This document shows, piece after piece, positions 26,677-41,459 of a stretch of 64,000 nucleotides of DNA; position 1 is the stretch's first letter, and each line of letters opens with the position of its first letter. The DNA lies in contig OZ059894.1 in NCBI GenBank assembly GCA_964057225.1, positions 20,770,001 through 20,834,000 on the forward strand. Reading direction: 5' to 3'. A model generated the notes under the pieces. That model saw nothing but the letters and a program-made list of their open reading frames with translations. It did not search any database and was not told the DNA's origin. The translations under genes were made by a program, and so were the position numbers. The DNA comes from Auanema rhodensis. Its lineage: Eukaryota > Animalia > Nematoda.

Positions 26677-29600
26677 CTGATAACACAGAACGACGCAGCT
26701 TAAAAATCCGCATCGAATGCACTATACTACATTGAGAAACGCTTAATACAAAAAAAAAATTAGTTATGATCGTTTGAAAAATGATGCATTAGTGTATGTT
26801 GAGTTTCCATGTACACTCAACATTGCTTCCAAAAACATTTTGACAAAAATTTTTTCGAAAAATTTCGAAATAATTTAGCAAAAAGTAGATGTTTTTAGAT
26901 TCCATTTTTCAAAGCAAAGACGATGGACAATGTTATTCAACGAAAAAATTAATTCTTCAGGGTGAAAATCGAGGATATAAGTGTGAACTTATATCAGTTG
27001 ATATCTCGGTGCATTTTTAAGCTAGCGCAAATCTGATAACACAGATCGACGCAACTTAAAAATCCTCATCGAATGCACTATACTACATTGAGAAACGCTT
27101 AATACAAAAATTAGTTATGATCGTTTGAAAAATGATGCATTAGTGTATGTTGAGTTTCCATGTACACTCAACATTGCTTCCAAAAACATTTTGACAAAAA
27201 TTTTTTCGAAAAATTTCAAAATAATTTAGCAAAAAGTAGATGTTTTTAGATTCCATTTTTCAAGGCAAAGACGATGGACAATGTTATTCAACGAAAAAAT
27301 TGATTCTTCAGGGTGAAAATCGAGGATATAAGTGTGAACTTATATCAGTTGATATCTCGGTGCATTTTTAAGCTAGCGCAAATCTGATAACACAGATCGA
27401 CGCAACTTAAAAATCCGCATCGAATGCACTATACTACATTGAGAAACGCTTAATACAAAAATTAGTTATGATCGTTTGAAAAATGATGCATTAGTGTATG
27501 TTCAGTTTCCATGTACACTCAACATTGCTTCCAAAAACATTTTGACAAAAATTTTTTCGAAAAATTTCAAAATAATTTAGCAAAAAGTAGATGTTTTTAG
27601 ATTCCTTTTTTCAAGGCAAAGACGATGGACAATGTTATTCAACGAAAAAATTAATTCTTCAGGGTGAAAATCGAGGATATAAGTGTGAACTTATATCAGT
27701 TGATATCTCGGTGCATTTTTAAGCTAGCGCAAATCTGATAACACAGATCGACGCAACTTAAAAATCCGCATCGAATGCACTATACTACATTGAGAAACGC
27801 TTAATACAAAAATTAGTTATGATCGTTTGAAAAATGATGCATTAGTGTATGTTGAGTTTCCATGTACACTCAACATTGCTTCCAAAAACATTTTGACAAA
27901 AATTTTTTCGAAAAATTTCAAAATAATTTAGCAAAAAGTAGATGTTTTTAGATTCCATTTTTTAAGGCAAAGACGATGGACAATGTTATTCAACGAAAAA
28001 ATTGATTCTTCAGGGTGAAAATCGAAGATATAAGTGTAAACTTATATCAGTTGATATCTCGGTGCATTTTGAAGCTAGCGCAAATCTGATAACACAGAAC
28101 GACGCAGCTTAAAAATTCGCATCGAATGCACTATACTACATTGAGAAACGCTTAATACAAAAATTAGTTATGATCGTTTGAAAAATGATGCATTAGTGTA
28201 TGTTGAGTTTCCATGTACACTCAACATTGCTTCCAAAAACATTTTGACAAAAATTTTTTCGAAAAATTTCGAAATAATTTAGCAAAAAGTAGATGTTTTT
28301 AGATTCCTTTTTTCAAGGCGAAGACGATGGACAATGTTATTCAACGAAAAAATTAATTCTTCAGGGTGAAAATCGAAGATATAAGTGTAAACTTATATCA
28401 GTTGATATCTCGGTGCATTTTTAAGGTAGCGCAAATCTGATAACACAGATCGACGCAGCTTAAAAATCCGCATCGAATGCACTATACTACATTGAGAAAC
28501 GCTTAATACAAAAAAAAATTAGTTATGATCGTTTGAAAAATGATGCATTAGTGTATGTTGAGTTTCCATGTACACTCAACATTGCTTCCAAAAACATTTT
28601 GACAAAAATTTTTTCGAAAAATTTCGAAATAATTTAGCAAAAAGTAGATGTTTTTAGATTCCATTTTTCAAAGCAAAGACGATGGACAATGTTATTCAAC
28701 GAAAAAATTAATTCTTCAGGGTGAAAATCGAGGATATAAGTGTGAACTTATATCAGTTGATAACTCGGTGCATTTTTAAGCTAGCGCAAATCTGATAACA
28801 CAGATCGACGCAACTTAAAAATCCTCATCGAATGCACTATACTACATTGAGAAACGCTTAATACAAAAATTAGTTATGATCGTTTGAAAAATGATGCATT
28901 AGTGTATGTTGAGTTTCCATGTACACTCAACATTGCTTCCAAAAACATTTTGACAAAAATTTTTTCGAAAAATTTCAAAATATATTAGCAAAAAGTAGAT
29001 GTTTTTAGATTCCATTTTTCAAGGCAAAGACGATGGACAATGTTATTCAACGAAAAAATTGATTCTTCAGGGTGAAAATCGAGGATATAAGTGTGAACTT
29101 ATATCAGTTGATATCTCGGTGCATTTTTAAGCTAGCGCAAATCTGATAACACAGATCGACGCAACTTAAAAATCCGCATCGAATGCACTATACTACATTG
29201 AGAAACGCTTAATACAAAAATTAGTTATGATCGTTTGAAAAATGATGCATTAGTGTATGTTCAGTTTCCATGTACACTCAACATTGCTTCCAAAAACATT
29301 TTGACAAAAATTTTTTCGAAAAATTTCAAAATAATTTAGCAAAAAGTAGATGTTTTTAGATTCCTTTTTTCAAGGCAAAGACGATGGACAATGTTATTCA
29401 ACGAAAAAATTAATTCTTCAGGGTGAAAATCGAGGATATAAGTGTGAACTTATATCAGTTGATATCTCGGTGCATTTTTAAGCTAGCGCAAATCTGATAA
29501 CACAGATCGACGCAACTTAAAAATCCGCATCGAATGCACTATACTACATTGAGAAACGCTTAATACAAAAATTAGTTATGATCGTTTGAAAAATGATGCA

Positions 29601-30195
29601 TTAGTGTATGTTGAGTTTCCATGTACACTCAACATTGCTTCCAAAAACATTTTGACAAAAATTTTTTCGAAAAATTTCAAAATAATTTAGCAAAAAGTAG
29701 ATGTTTTTAGATTCCATTTTTTAAGGCAAAGACGATGGACAATGTTATTCAACGAAAAAATTGATTCTTCAGGGTGAAAATCGAAGATATAAGTGTAAAC
29801 TTATATCAGTTGATATCTCGGTGCATTTTGAAGCTAGCGCAAATCTGATAACACAGAACGACGCAGCTTAAAAATTCGCATCGAATGCACTATACTACAT
29901 TGAGAAACGCTTAATACAAAAATTAGTTATGATCGTTTGAAAAATGATGCATTAGTGTATGTTGAGTTTCCATGTACACTCAACATTGCTTCCAAAAACA
30001 TTTTGACAAAAATTTTTTCGAAAAATTTCGAAATAATTTAGCAAAAAGTAGATGTTTTTAGATTCCTTTTTTCAAGGCGAAGACGATGGACAATGTTATT
30101 CAACGAAAAAATTAATTCTTCAGGGTGAAAATCGAGGATATAAGTGTGAACTTATATCAGTTGATATCTCGGTGCATTTTTAAGGTAGCGCAAAT
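26677..30195. repeat. 5-monomer duplication (M77-M81 / M82-M86) carrying the expanded A-tract
   Basis: The ordered markers long A-tract+CAAAGC, ATCCTC, GTTCAG, TTTTGAAG, GAAC+GGCGA+AAGGTAG occur twice, about 1760 bp apart. Confidence 0.85.
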
Positions 30196-33100
30196 CTGAT
30201 AACACAGATCGACGCAGCTTCAAAATCCGCATCGAATGCACTATACTACATTGAGAAACGCTTAATACAAAAATTAGTTATGATCGTTTGAAAAATGATG
30301 CATTAGTGTATGTTGAGTTTCCATGTACACTCAACATTGCTTCCAAAAACATTTTGACAAAAATTTTTTCGAAAAATTTCAAAATAATTTAGCAAAAAGT
30401 AGATGTTTTTAGATTCCTTTTTTCAAGGCAAAGACGATGGACAATGTTATTCAACGAAAAAATTAATTCTGCAGGGTGAAAATCGAGGATATAAGTGTGA
30501 ACTTATATCAGTTGATAACTCGGTGCATTTTTAAGCTAGCGCAAATCTGATAACACAGATCGACGCAACTTAAAAATCCGCATCGAATGCACTATACTAC
30601 ATTGAGAAACGCTTAATACAAAAATTAGTTATGATCGTTTGAAAAATGATGCATTAGTGTATGTTGAGTTTCCATGTACACTCAACATTGCTTCCAAAAA
30701 CATTTTGACAAAAATTTTTTCGAAAAATTTCGAAATAATTTAGCAAAAAGTAGATGTTTTTAGATTCCATTTTTCAAAGCAAAGACGATGGACAATGTTA
30801 TTCAACGAAAAAATTAATTCTTCAGGGTGAAAATCGAGGATATAAGTGTGAACTTATATCAGTTGATATCTCGGTGCATTTTTAAGCTAGCGCAAATCTG
30901 ATAACACAGATCGACGCAGCTTCAAAATCCGCATCGAATGCACTATACTACATTGAGAAACGCTTAATACAAAAATTAGTTATGATCGTTTGAAAAATGA
31001 TGCATTAGTGTATGTTGAGTTTCCATGTACACTCAACATTGCTTCCAAAAACATTTTGACAAAAATTTTTTCGAAAAATTTCAAAATAATTTAGCAAAAA
31101 GTAGATGTTTTTAGATTCCATTTTTCAAGGCAAAGACGATGGACGATGTTATTCAACGAAAAAATTGATTCTTCAGGGTGAAAATCGAGGATATAAGTGT
31201 GAACTTATATCAGTTGATATCTCGGTGCATTTTTAAGCTAGTGCAAATCTGATAACACAGATCGACGCAGCTTAAAAATCCGCATCGAATGCACTATACT
31301 ACATTGAGAAACGCTTAATACAAAAATTAGTTATGATCGTTTGAAAAATGATGCATTAGTGTATGTTGAGTTTCCATGTACACTCAACATTGCTTCCAAA
31401 AACATTTTGACAAAAATTTTTTCGAAAAATTTCAAAATAATTTAGCAAAAAGTAGATGTTTTTAGATTCCTTTTTTCAAGGCAAAGACGATGGACAATGT
31501 TATTCAACGAAAAAATTAATTCTTCAGGGTGAAAATCGAGGATATAAGTGTGAACTTATATCAGTTGATATCTCGGTGCATTTTTAAGCTTTCGCAAATC
31601 TGATAACACAGATCGACGCAACTTAAAAATCCGCATCGAATGCACTATACTACATTGAGAAACGCTTAATACAAAAATTAGTTATGATCGTTTGAAAAAT
31701 GATGCATTAGTGTATGTTGAGTTTCCATGTACACTCAACATTGCTTCCAAAAACATTTTGACAAAAATTTTTTCGAAAAATTTCAAAATAATTTAGCAAA
31801 AAGTAGATGTTTTTAGATTCCTTTTTTCAAGGCAAAGACGATGGACAATGTTATTCAACGAAAAAAATAATTCTTCAGGGTGAAAATCGAGGATATAAGT
31901 GTGAACTTATATCAGTTGATATCTCGGTGCATTTTTAAGCTAGCGCAAATCTGATAACACAGATCGACGCAGCTTAAAAATTCGCATCGAATGCACTATA
32001 CTACATTGAGAAACGCTTAATACAAAAATTAGTTATGATCGTTTGAAAAATGATGCATTAGTGTATGTTGAGTTTCCATGTACACTCAACATTGCTTCCA
32101 AAAACATTTTGACAAAAATTTTTTCGAAAAATTTCAAAATAAATTAGCAAAAAGTAGATGTTTTTAGATTCCTATTTTCAAAGTAAAGACGATGGACAAT
32201 GTTATTCAACGAAAAAATTAACTCTTCAGGGTGAAAATCGAGGATATAAGTGTGAACTTATATCAGTTGATATCTCGGTGCATTTTTAAGCTAGCGCAAA
32301 TCTGATAACACAGATCGACGCAGCTTAAAAATCCGCATCGAATGCACTATACTACATTGAGAAACGCTTAATACAAAAATTAGTTATGATCGTTTGAAAA
32401 ATGATGCATTAGTGTATGTTGAGTTTCCATGTACACTCAACATTGCTTCCAAAAACATTTTGACAAAAATTTTTTCGAAAAATTTCAAAATAATTTAGCA
32501 AAAAGTAGATGTTTTTAGATTCCTTTTTTCAAGGCAAAGACGATGGACAATGTTATTCAACGGAAAAATTAATTCTTCAGGGTGAAAATCGAGGATATAA
32601 GTGTGAACTTATATCAGTTGATATCTCGGTGCATTTTTAAGCTAGCGCAAATCTGATAACACAGATCGACGCAACTTAAAAATCCGCATCGAATGCACTA
32701 TACTACATTGAGAAACGCTTAATACAAAATCTAGTTATGATCGTTTGAAAAATGATGCATTAGTGTATGTTGAGTTTCCATGTACACTCAACATTGCTTC
32801 CAAAAACATTTTGACAAAAATTTTTTCGAAAAATTTCAAAATAATTTAGCAAAAAGTAGATGTTTTTAGATTCCTTTTTTCAAGGCAAAGACGATGGACA
32901 ATGTTATTCAACGGAAAAATTAATTCTTCAGGGTGAAAATCGAGGATATAAGTGTGAACTTATATCAGTTGATATCTCGGTGCATTTTTAAGCTAGCGCA
33001 AATCTGATAACACAGATCGACGCAACTTAAAAATCCGCATCGAATGCACTATACTACATTGAGAAACGCTTAATACAAAATCTAGTTATGATCGTTTGAA

Positions 33101-36100
33101 AAATGATGCATTAGTGTATGTTGAGTTTCCATGTACACTCAACATTGCTTCCAAAAACATTTTGACAAAAATTTTTTCGAAAAATTTCAAAATAATTTAG
33201 CAAAAAGTAGATGTTTTTAGATTCCATTTTTCAAGGCAAAGACGATGGACAATGTTATTCAACGAAAAAATTGATTCTTCAGGGTGAAAATCGAGGATAT
33301 AAGTGTGAACTTATATCAGTTGATATCTCGGTGCATTTTTAAGCTAGCGCAAATCTGATAACACAGATCGACGCAACTTAAAAATCCGCATCGAATGCAC
33401 TATACTACATTGAGAAACGCTTGATACAAAAGTTAGTTATGATCGTTTGAAAAATGATGCATTAGTGTATGTTCAGTTTCCATGTACACTCAACATTGCT
33501 TCCAAAAACATTTTGACAAAAATTTTTTCGAAAAATTTCAAAATAATTTAGCAAAAAGTAGATGTTTTTAGATTCCTTTTTTCAAGGCAAAGACGATGGA
33601 CAATGTTATTCAACGAAAAAATTAATTCTTCAGGGTGAAAATCGAGGATATAAGTGTGAACTTATATCAGTTGATATCTCGGTGCATTTTTAAGCTAGCG
33701 CAAATCTGATAACACAGATCGACGCAACTTAAAAATCCGCATCGAATGCACTATACTACATTGAGAAACGCTTAATACAAAAATTAGTTATGATCGTTTG
33801 AAAAATGATGCATTAGTGTATGTTGAGTTTCCATGTACACTCAACATTGCTTCCAAAAACATTTTGACAAAAATTTTTTCGAAAAATTTCAAAATAATTT
33901 AGCAAAAAGTAGATGTTTTTAGATTCCATTTTTTAAGGCAAAGACGATGGACAATGTTATTCAACGAAAAAATTGATTCTTCAGGGTGAAAATCGAAGAT
34001 ATAAGTGTAAACTTATATCAGTTGATATCTCGGTGCATTTTTAAGCTAGCGCAAATCTGATAACACAGAACGACGCAGCTTAAAAATTCGCATCGAATGC
34101 ACTATACTACATTGAGAAACGCTTAATACAAAAATTAGTTATGATCGTTTGAAAAATGATGCATTAGTGTATGTTGAGTTTCCATGTACACTCAACATTG
34201 CTTCCAAAAACATTTTGACAAAAATTTTTTCGAAAAATTTCGAAATAATTTAGCAAAAAGTAGATGTTTTTAGATTTCATTTTTCAAAGCAAAGACGATG
34301 GACAATGTTATTCAACGAAAAAATTAATTCTTCAGGGTGAAAATCGAGGATATAAGTGTGAACTTATATCAGTTGATATCTCGGTGCATTTTTAAGCTAG
34401 CGCAAATCTGATAACACAGATCGACGCAGCTTCAAAATCCGCATCGAATGCACTATACTACATTGAGAAACGCTTAATACAAAAATTAGTTATGATCGTT
34501 TGAAAAATGATGCATTAGTGTATGTTGAGTTTCCATGTACACTCAACATTGCTTCCAAAAACATTTTGACAAAAATTTTTTCGAGAAATTTCAAAATAAT
34601 TTAGCAAAAAGTAGATGTTTTTAGATTCCTTTTTTCAAGGCAAAGACGATGGACAATGTTATTCAACGAAAAAATTAATTCTTCAGGGTGAAAATCGAGG
34701 ATATAAGTGTGAACTTATATCAGTTGATATCTCGGTGCATTTTTAAGCTAGCGCAAATCTGATAACACAGATCGACGCAGCTTCAAAATCCGCATCGAAT
34801 GCACTATACTACATTGAGAAACGCTTAATACAAAAATTAGTTATGATCGTTTGAAAAATGATGCATTAGTGTATGTTGAGTTTCCATGTACACTCAACAT
34901 TGCTTCCAAAAACATTTTGACAAAAATTTTTTCGAAAAATTTCAAAATAATTTAGCAAAAAGTAGATGTTTTTAGATTCCTTTTTTCAAGGCAAAGACGA
35001 TGGACAATGTTATTCAACGAAAAAATTAATTCTGCAGGGTGAAAATCGAGGATATAAGTGTGAACTTATATCAGTTGATATCTCGGTGCATTTTTAAGCT
35101 AGCGCAAATCTGATAACACAGATCGACACAACTTAAAAATCCGCATCGAATGCACTATACTACATTGAGAAACGCTTAATACAAAAATTAGTTATGATCG
35201 TTTGAAAAATGATGCATTAGTGTATGTTGAGTTTCCATGTACACTCAACATTGCTTCCAAAAACATTTTGACAAAAATTTTTTCGAAAAATTTCGAAATA
35301 ATTTAGCAAAAAGTAGATGTTTTTAGATTCCATTTTTCAAAGCAAAGACGATGGACAATGTTATTCAACGAAAAAATTAATTCTTCAGGGTGAAAATCGA
35401 GGATATAAGTGTGAACTTATATCAGTTGATATCTCGGTGCATTTTTAAGCTAGCGCAAATCTGATAACACAGATCGACGCAGCTTCAAAATCCGCATCGA
35501 ATGCACTATACTACATTGAAAAACGCTTAATACAAAAATTAGTTATGATCGTTTGAAAAATGATGCATTAGTGTATGTTGAGTTTCCATGTACACTCAAC
35601 ATTGCTTCCAAAAACATTTTGACAAAAATTTTTTCGAGAAATTTCAAAATAATTTAGCAAAAAGTAGATGTTTTTAGATTCCTTTTTTCAAGGCAAAGAC
35701 GATGGACAATGTTATTCAACGAAAAAATCAATTCTTCAGGGTGAAAATCGAGGATATAAGTGTAAACTTATATCAGTTGATATCTCGGTGCATTTTTAAG
35801 CTAGCGCAAATCTGATAACACAGATCGACGCAGCTTCAAAATCCGCATCGAATGCACTATACTACATTGAGAAACGCTTAATACAAAAATTAGTTATGAT
35901 CGTTTGAAAAATGATGCATTAGTGTATGTTGAGTTTCCATGTACACTCAACATTGCTTCCAAAAACATTTTGACAAAAATTTTTTCGAAAAATTTCAAAA
36001 TAATTTAGCAAAAAGTAGATGTTTTTAGATTCCATTTTTCAAGGCAAAGACGATGGACAATGTTATTCAACGAAAAAATTGATTCTTCAGGGTGAAATTC

Positions 36101-36162
36101 GAGGATATAAGTGTGAACTTATATCAGTTGATATCTCGGTGCATTTTTAAGCTAGTGCAAAT

Positions 36163-38268
36163 CTGATAACACAGATCGACGCAGCTTAAAAATCCGCATC
36201 GAATGCACTATACTACATTGAGAAACGCTTAATACAAAAATTAGTTATGATCGTTTGAAAAATGATGCATTAGTGTATGTTGAGTTTCCATGTACACTCA
36301 ACATTGCTTCCAAAAACATTTTGACAAAAATTTTTTCGAAAAATTTCAAAATAATTTAGCAAAAAGTAGATGTTTTTAGATTCCTTTTTTCAAGGCAAAG
36401 ACGATGGACAATGTTATTCAACGAAAAAATTAATTCTTCAGGGTGAAAATCGAGGATATAAGTGTGAACTTATATCAGTTGATATCTCGGTGCATTTTTA
36501 AGCTAGCGCAAACCTGATAACACAGATCGACGCAACTTAAAAATCCGCATCGAATGCACTATACTACATTGAGAAACGCTTAATACAAAAATTAGTTATG
36601 ATCGTTTGAAAAATGATGCATTAGTGTATGTTGAGTTTCCATGTACACTCAACATTGCTTCCAAAAACATTTTGACAAAAATTTTTTCGAAAAATTTCAA
36701 AATAATTTAGCAAAAAGTAGATGTTTTTAGATTCCATTTTTCAAGGCAAAGACGATGGACAATGTTATTCAACGAAAAAATTGATTCTTCAGGGTGAAAA
36801 TCGAGGATATAAGTGTGAACTTATATCAGTTGATATCTCGGTGCATTTTTAAGCTAGCGCAAATCTGATAACACAGATCGACGCAGCTTAAAAATCCGCA
36901 TCGAATGCACTATACTACATTGAGAAACGCTTAATACAAAAATTAGTTATGATCGTTTGAAAAATGATGCATTAGTGTATGTTGAGTTTCCATGTACACT
37001 CAACATTGCTTCCAAAAACATTTTGACAAAAATTTTTTCGAAAAATTTCAAAATAATTTAGCAAAAAGTAGATGTTTTTAGATTCCTTTTTTCAAGGCAA
37101 AGACGATGGACAATGTTATTCAACGAAAAAATTAATTCTTCAGGGTGAAAATCGAGGATATAAGTGTGAACTTATATCAGTTGATATCTCGGTGCATTTT
37201 TAAGCTAGCGCAAATCTGATAACACAGATCGACGCAACTTAAAAATCCGCATCGAATGCACTATACTACATTGAGAAACGCTTAATACAAAAATTAGTTA
37301 TGATCGTTTGAAAAATGATGCATTAGTGTATGTTGAGTTTCCATGTACACTCAACATTGCTTCCAAAAACATTTTGACAAAAATTTTTTCGAAAAATTTC
37401 AAAATAATTTAGCAAAAAGTAGATGTTTTTAGATTCCATTTTTCAAGGCAAAGACGATGGACAATGTTATTCAACGAAAAAATTGATTCTTCAGGGTGAA
37501 AATCGAGGATATAAGTGTGAACTTATATCAGTTGATATCTCGGTGCATTTTTAAGCTAGCGCAAATCTGATAACACAGATCGACGCAGCTTAAAAATCCG
37601 CATCGAATGCACTATACTACATTGAGAAACGCTTAATACAAAAATTAGTTATGATCGTTTGAAAAATGATGCATTAGTGTATGTTGAGTTTCCATGTACA
37701 CTCAACATTGCTTCCAAAAACATTTTGACAAAAATTTTTTCGAAAAATTTCAAAATAATTTAGCAAAAAGTAGATGTTTTTAGATTCCTTTTTTCAAGGC
37801 AAAGACGATGGACAATGTTATTCAACGAAAAAATTAATTCTTCAGGGTGAAAATCGAGGATATAAGTGTGAACTTATATCAGTTGATATCTCGGTGCATT
37901 TTTAAGCTAGCGCAAATCTGATAACACAGATCGACGCAACTTAAAAATCCGCATCGAATGCACTATACTACATTGAGAAACGCTTAATACAAAAATTAGT
38001 TATGATCGTTTGAAAAATGATGCATTAGTGTATGTTGAGTTTCCATGTACACTCAACATTGCTTCCAAAAACATTTTGACAAAAATTTTTTCGAAAAATT
38101 TCAAAATAATTTAGCAAAAAGTAGATGTTTTTAGATTCCATTTTTCAAGGCAAAGACGATGGACAATGTTATTCAACGAAAAAATTGATTCTTCAGGGTG
38201 AAAATCGAGGATATAAGTGTGAACTTATATCAGTTGATATCTCGGTGCATTTTTAAGCTAGCGCAAAT
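36163..38268. repeat. Dimer (702 bp) run, three copies, M104-M109
   Basis: Strict alternation of GCAGCTT/CCTT/TTAA monomers with GCAACTT/CCAT/TTGA monomers. Confidence 0.85.
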
Positions 38269-41200
38269 CTGATAACACAGATCGACGCAGCTTCAAAATC
38301 CGCATCGAATGCACTATACTACATTGAGAAACGCTTAATACAAAAATTAGTTATGATCGTTTGAAAAATGATGCATTAGTGTATGTTGAGTTTCCATGTA
38401 CACTCAACATTGCTTCCAAAAACATTTTGACAAAAATTTTTTCGAAAAATTTCAAAATAATTTAGCAAAAAGTAGATGTTTTTAAATTCCATTTTTCAAG
38501 GCAAAGACGATGGACAATGTTATTCAACGAAAAAATTAATTCTTCAGGGTGAAAATCGAGGATATAAGTGTGAACTTATATCAGTTGATATCTCGGTGCA
38601 TTTTTAAGCTAGCGCAAATCTGATAACACAGATCGACGCAACTTAAAAATCCGCATCGAATGCACTATACTACATTGAGAAACGCTTAATACAAAAATTA
38701 GTTATGATCGTTTGAAAAATGATGCATTAGTGTATGTTGAGTTTCCATGTACACTCAACATTGCTTCCAAAAACATTTTGACAAAAATTTTTTCGAAAAA
38801 TTTCAAAATAATTTAGCAAAAAGTAGATGTTTTTAGATTCCATTTTTTAAGGCAAAGACGATGGACAATGTTATTCAACGAAAAAATTGATTCTTCAGGG
38901 TGAAAATCGAGGATATAAGTGTAAACTTATATCAGTTGATATCTCGGTGCATTTTTAAGCTAGCGCAAATCTGATAACACAGAACGACGCAGCTTAAAAA
39001 TTCGCATCGAATGCACTATACTACATTGAGAAACGCTTAATACAAAAATTAGTTATGATCGTTTGAAAAATGATGCATTAGTGTATGTTGAGTTTCCATG
39101 TACACTCAACATTGCTTCCAAAAACATTTTGACAAAAATTTTTTCGAAAAATTTCGAAATAATTTAGCAAAAAGTAGATGTTTTTAGATTCCATTTTTCA
39201 AGGCAAAGACGATGGACAATGTTATTCAACGAAAAAATTAATTCTTCAGGGTGAAAATCGAGGATATAAGTGTGAACATATATCAGTTGATATCTCGGTG
39301 CATTTTTAAGCTAGCGCAAATCTGATAACACAGATCGACGCAGCTTCAAAATCCGCATCGAATGCACTATACTACATTGAGAAACGCTTAATACAAAAAT
39401 TAGTTATGATCGTTTGAAAAATGATGCATTAGTGTATGTTGAGTTTCCATGTACACTCAACATTGCTTCCAAAAACATTTTGACAAAAATTTTTTCGAAA
39501 AATTTCAAAATAATTTAGCAAAAAGTAGATGTTTTTAGATTCCATTTTTCAAGGCAAAGACGATGGACAATGTTATTCAACGAAAAAATTAATTCTTCAG
39601 GGTGAAAATCGAAGATATAAGTGTGAACTTATATCAGTTGATATCTCGGTGCATTTTTAAGCTAGCGCAAATCTGATAACACAGATCGACGCAGCTTCAA
39701 AATCCGCATCGAATGCACTATACTACATTGAGAAACGCTTAATACAAAAATTAGTTATGATCGTTTGAAAAATGATGCATTAGTGTATGTTGAGTTTCCA
39801 TGTACACTCAACATTGCTTCCAAAAACATTTTGACAAAAATTTTTTCGAAAAATTTCGAAATAATTTAGCAAAAAGTAGATGTTTTTAGATTCCATTTTT
39901 CAAGGCAAAGACGATGGACAATGTTATTCAACGAAAAAATTAATTCTTCAGGGTGAAAATCGAGGATATAAGTGTAAACTTATATCAGTTGATATCTCGG
40001 TGCATTTTTAAGCTAGCGCAAATCTGAGAACACAGATCGACGCAGCTTAAAAATCCGCATCGAATGCACTATACTACATTGAGAAACGCTTAATACGAAA
40101 ATTAGTTATGATCGTTTGAAAAATGATGCATTAGTGTATGTTGAGTTTCCATGTACACTCAACATTGCTTCCAAAAACATTTTGACAAAAATTTTTTCGA
40201 AAAATTTCAAAATAATTTAGCAAAAAGTAGATGTTTTTAGATTCCATTTTTCAAGGCAAAGACGATGGACAATGTTATTCAACGAAAAAATTGATTCTTC
40301 AGGGTGAAAATCGAGGATATAAGTGTGAACTTATATCAGTTGATATCTCGGTGCATTTTTAAGCTAGCGCAAATCTGATAACACAGATCGACGCAGCTTA
40401 AAAATCCGCATCGAATGCACTATACTACATTGAGAAACGCTTAATACAAAAATTAGTTATGATCGTTTGAAAAATGATGCATTAGTGTATGTTGAGTTTC
40501 CATGTACACTCAACATTGCTTCCAAAAACATTTTGACAAAAATTTTTTCGAAAAATTTCAAAATAATTTAGCAAAAAGTAGATGTTTTTAGATTCCTTTT
40601 TTCAAGGCAAAGACGATGGACAATGTTATTCAACGAAAAAATTAATTCTTCAGGGTGAAAATCGAGGATATAAGTGTGAACTTATATCAGTTGATATCTC
40701 GGTGCATTTTTAAGCTAGCGCAAATCTGATAACACAGATCGACGCAACTTAAAAATCCGCATCGAATGCACTATACTACATTGAGAAACGCTTAATACAA
40801 AAATTAGTTATGATCGTTTGAAAAATGATGCATTAGTGTATGTTGAGTTTCCATGTACACTCAACATTGCTTCCAAAAACATTTTGACAAAAATTTTTTC
40901 GAAAAATTTCAAAATAATTTAGCAAAAAGTAGATGTTTTTGGATTCCATTTTTCAAGGCAAAGACGATGGACAATGTTATTCAACGAAAAAATTGATTCT
41001 TCAGGGTGAAAATCGAGGATATAAGTGTGAACTTATATCAGTTGATATCTCGGTGCATTTTTAAGCTAGCGCAAATCTGATAACACAGATCGACGCAGCT
41101 TAAAAATCCGCATCGAATGCACTATACTACATTGAGAAACGCTTAATACAAAAATTAGTTATGATCGTTTGAAAAATGATGCATTAGTGTATGTTGAGTT

Positions 41201-41459
41201 TCCATGTACACTCAACATTGCTTCCAAAAACATTTTGACAAAAATTTTTTCGAAAAATTTCAAAATAATTTAGCAAAAAGTAGATGTTTTTAGATTCCAT
41301 TTTTCAAGGCAAAGACGATGGACAATGTTATTCAACGAAAAAATTGATTCTTCAGGGTGAAAATCGAGGATATAAATGTAAACTTATATCAGTTGATATC
41401 TCGGTGCATTTTTAAGCTAGCGCAAATCTGATAACACAGAACGACGCAGCTTAAAAATT

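Larger units (their letters stand above)
14775..41459. repeat. 76-monomer higher-order unit (26,685 bp), copy 1
   Basis: Rare variants recur at a fixed offset of 26,685 = 76x351+9: ORF 17994/44679, A10 tract 26750/53435, A9 tract 28510/55195, HindIII variant 31586/58271, PstI variants 30469/57154 and 35032/61717. Boundaries are uncertain by about 150 bp. Confidence 0.95.
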
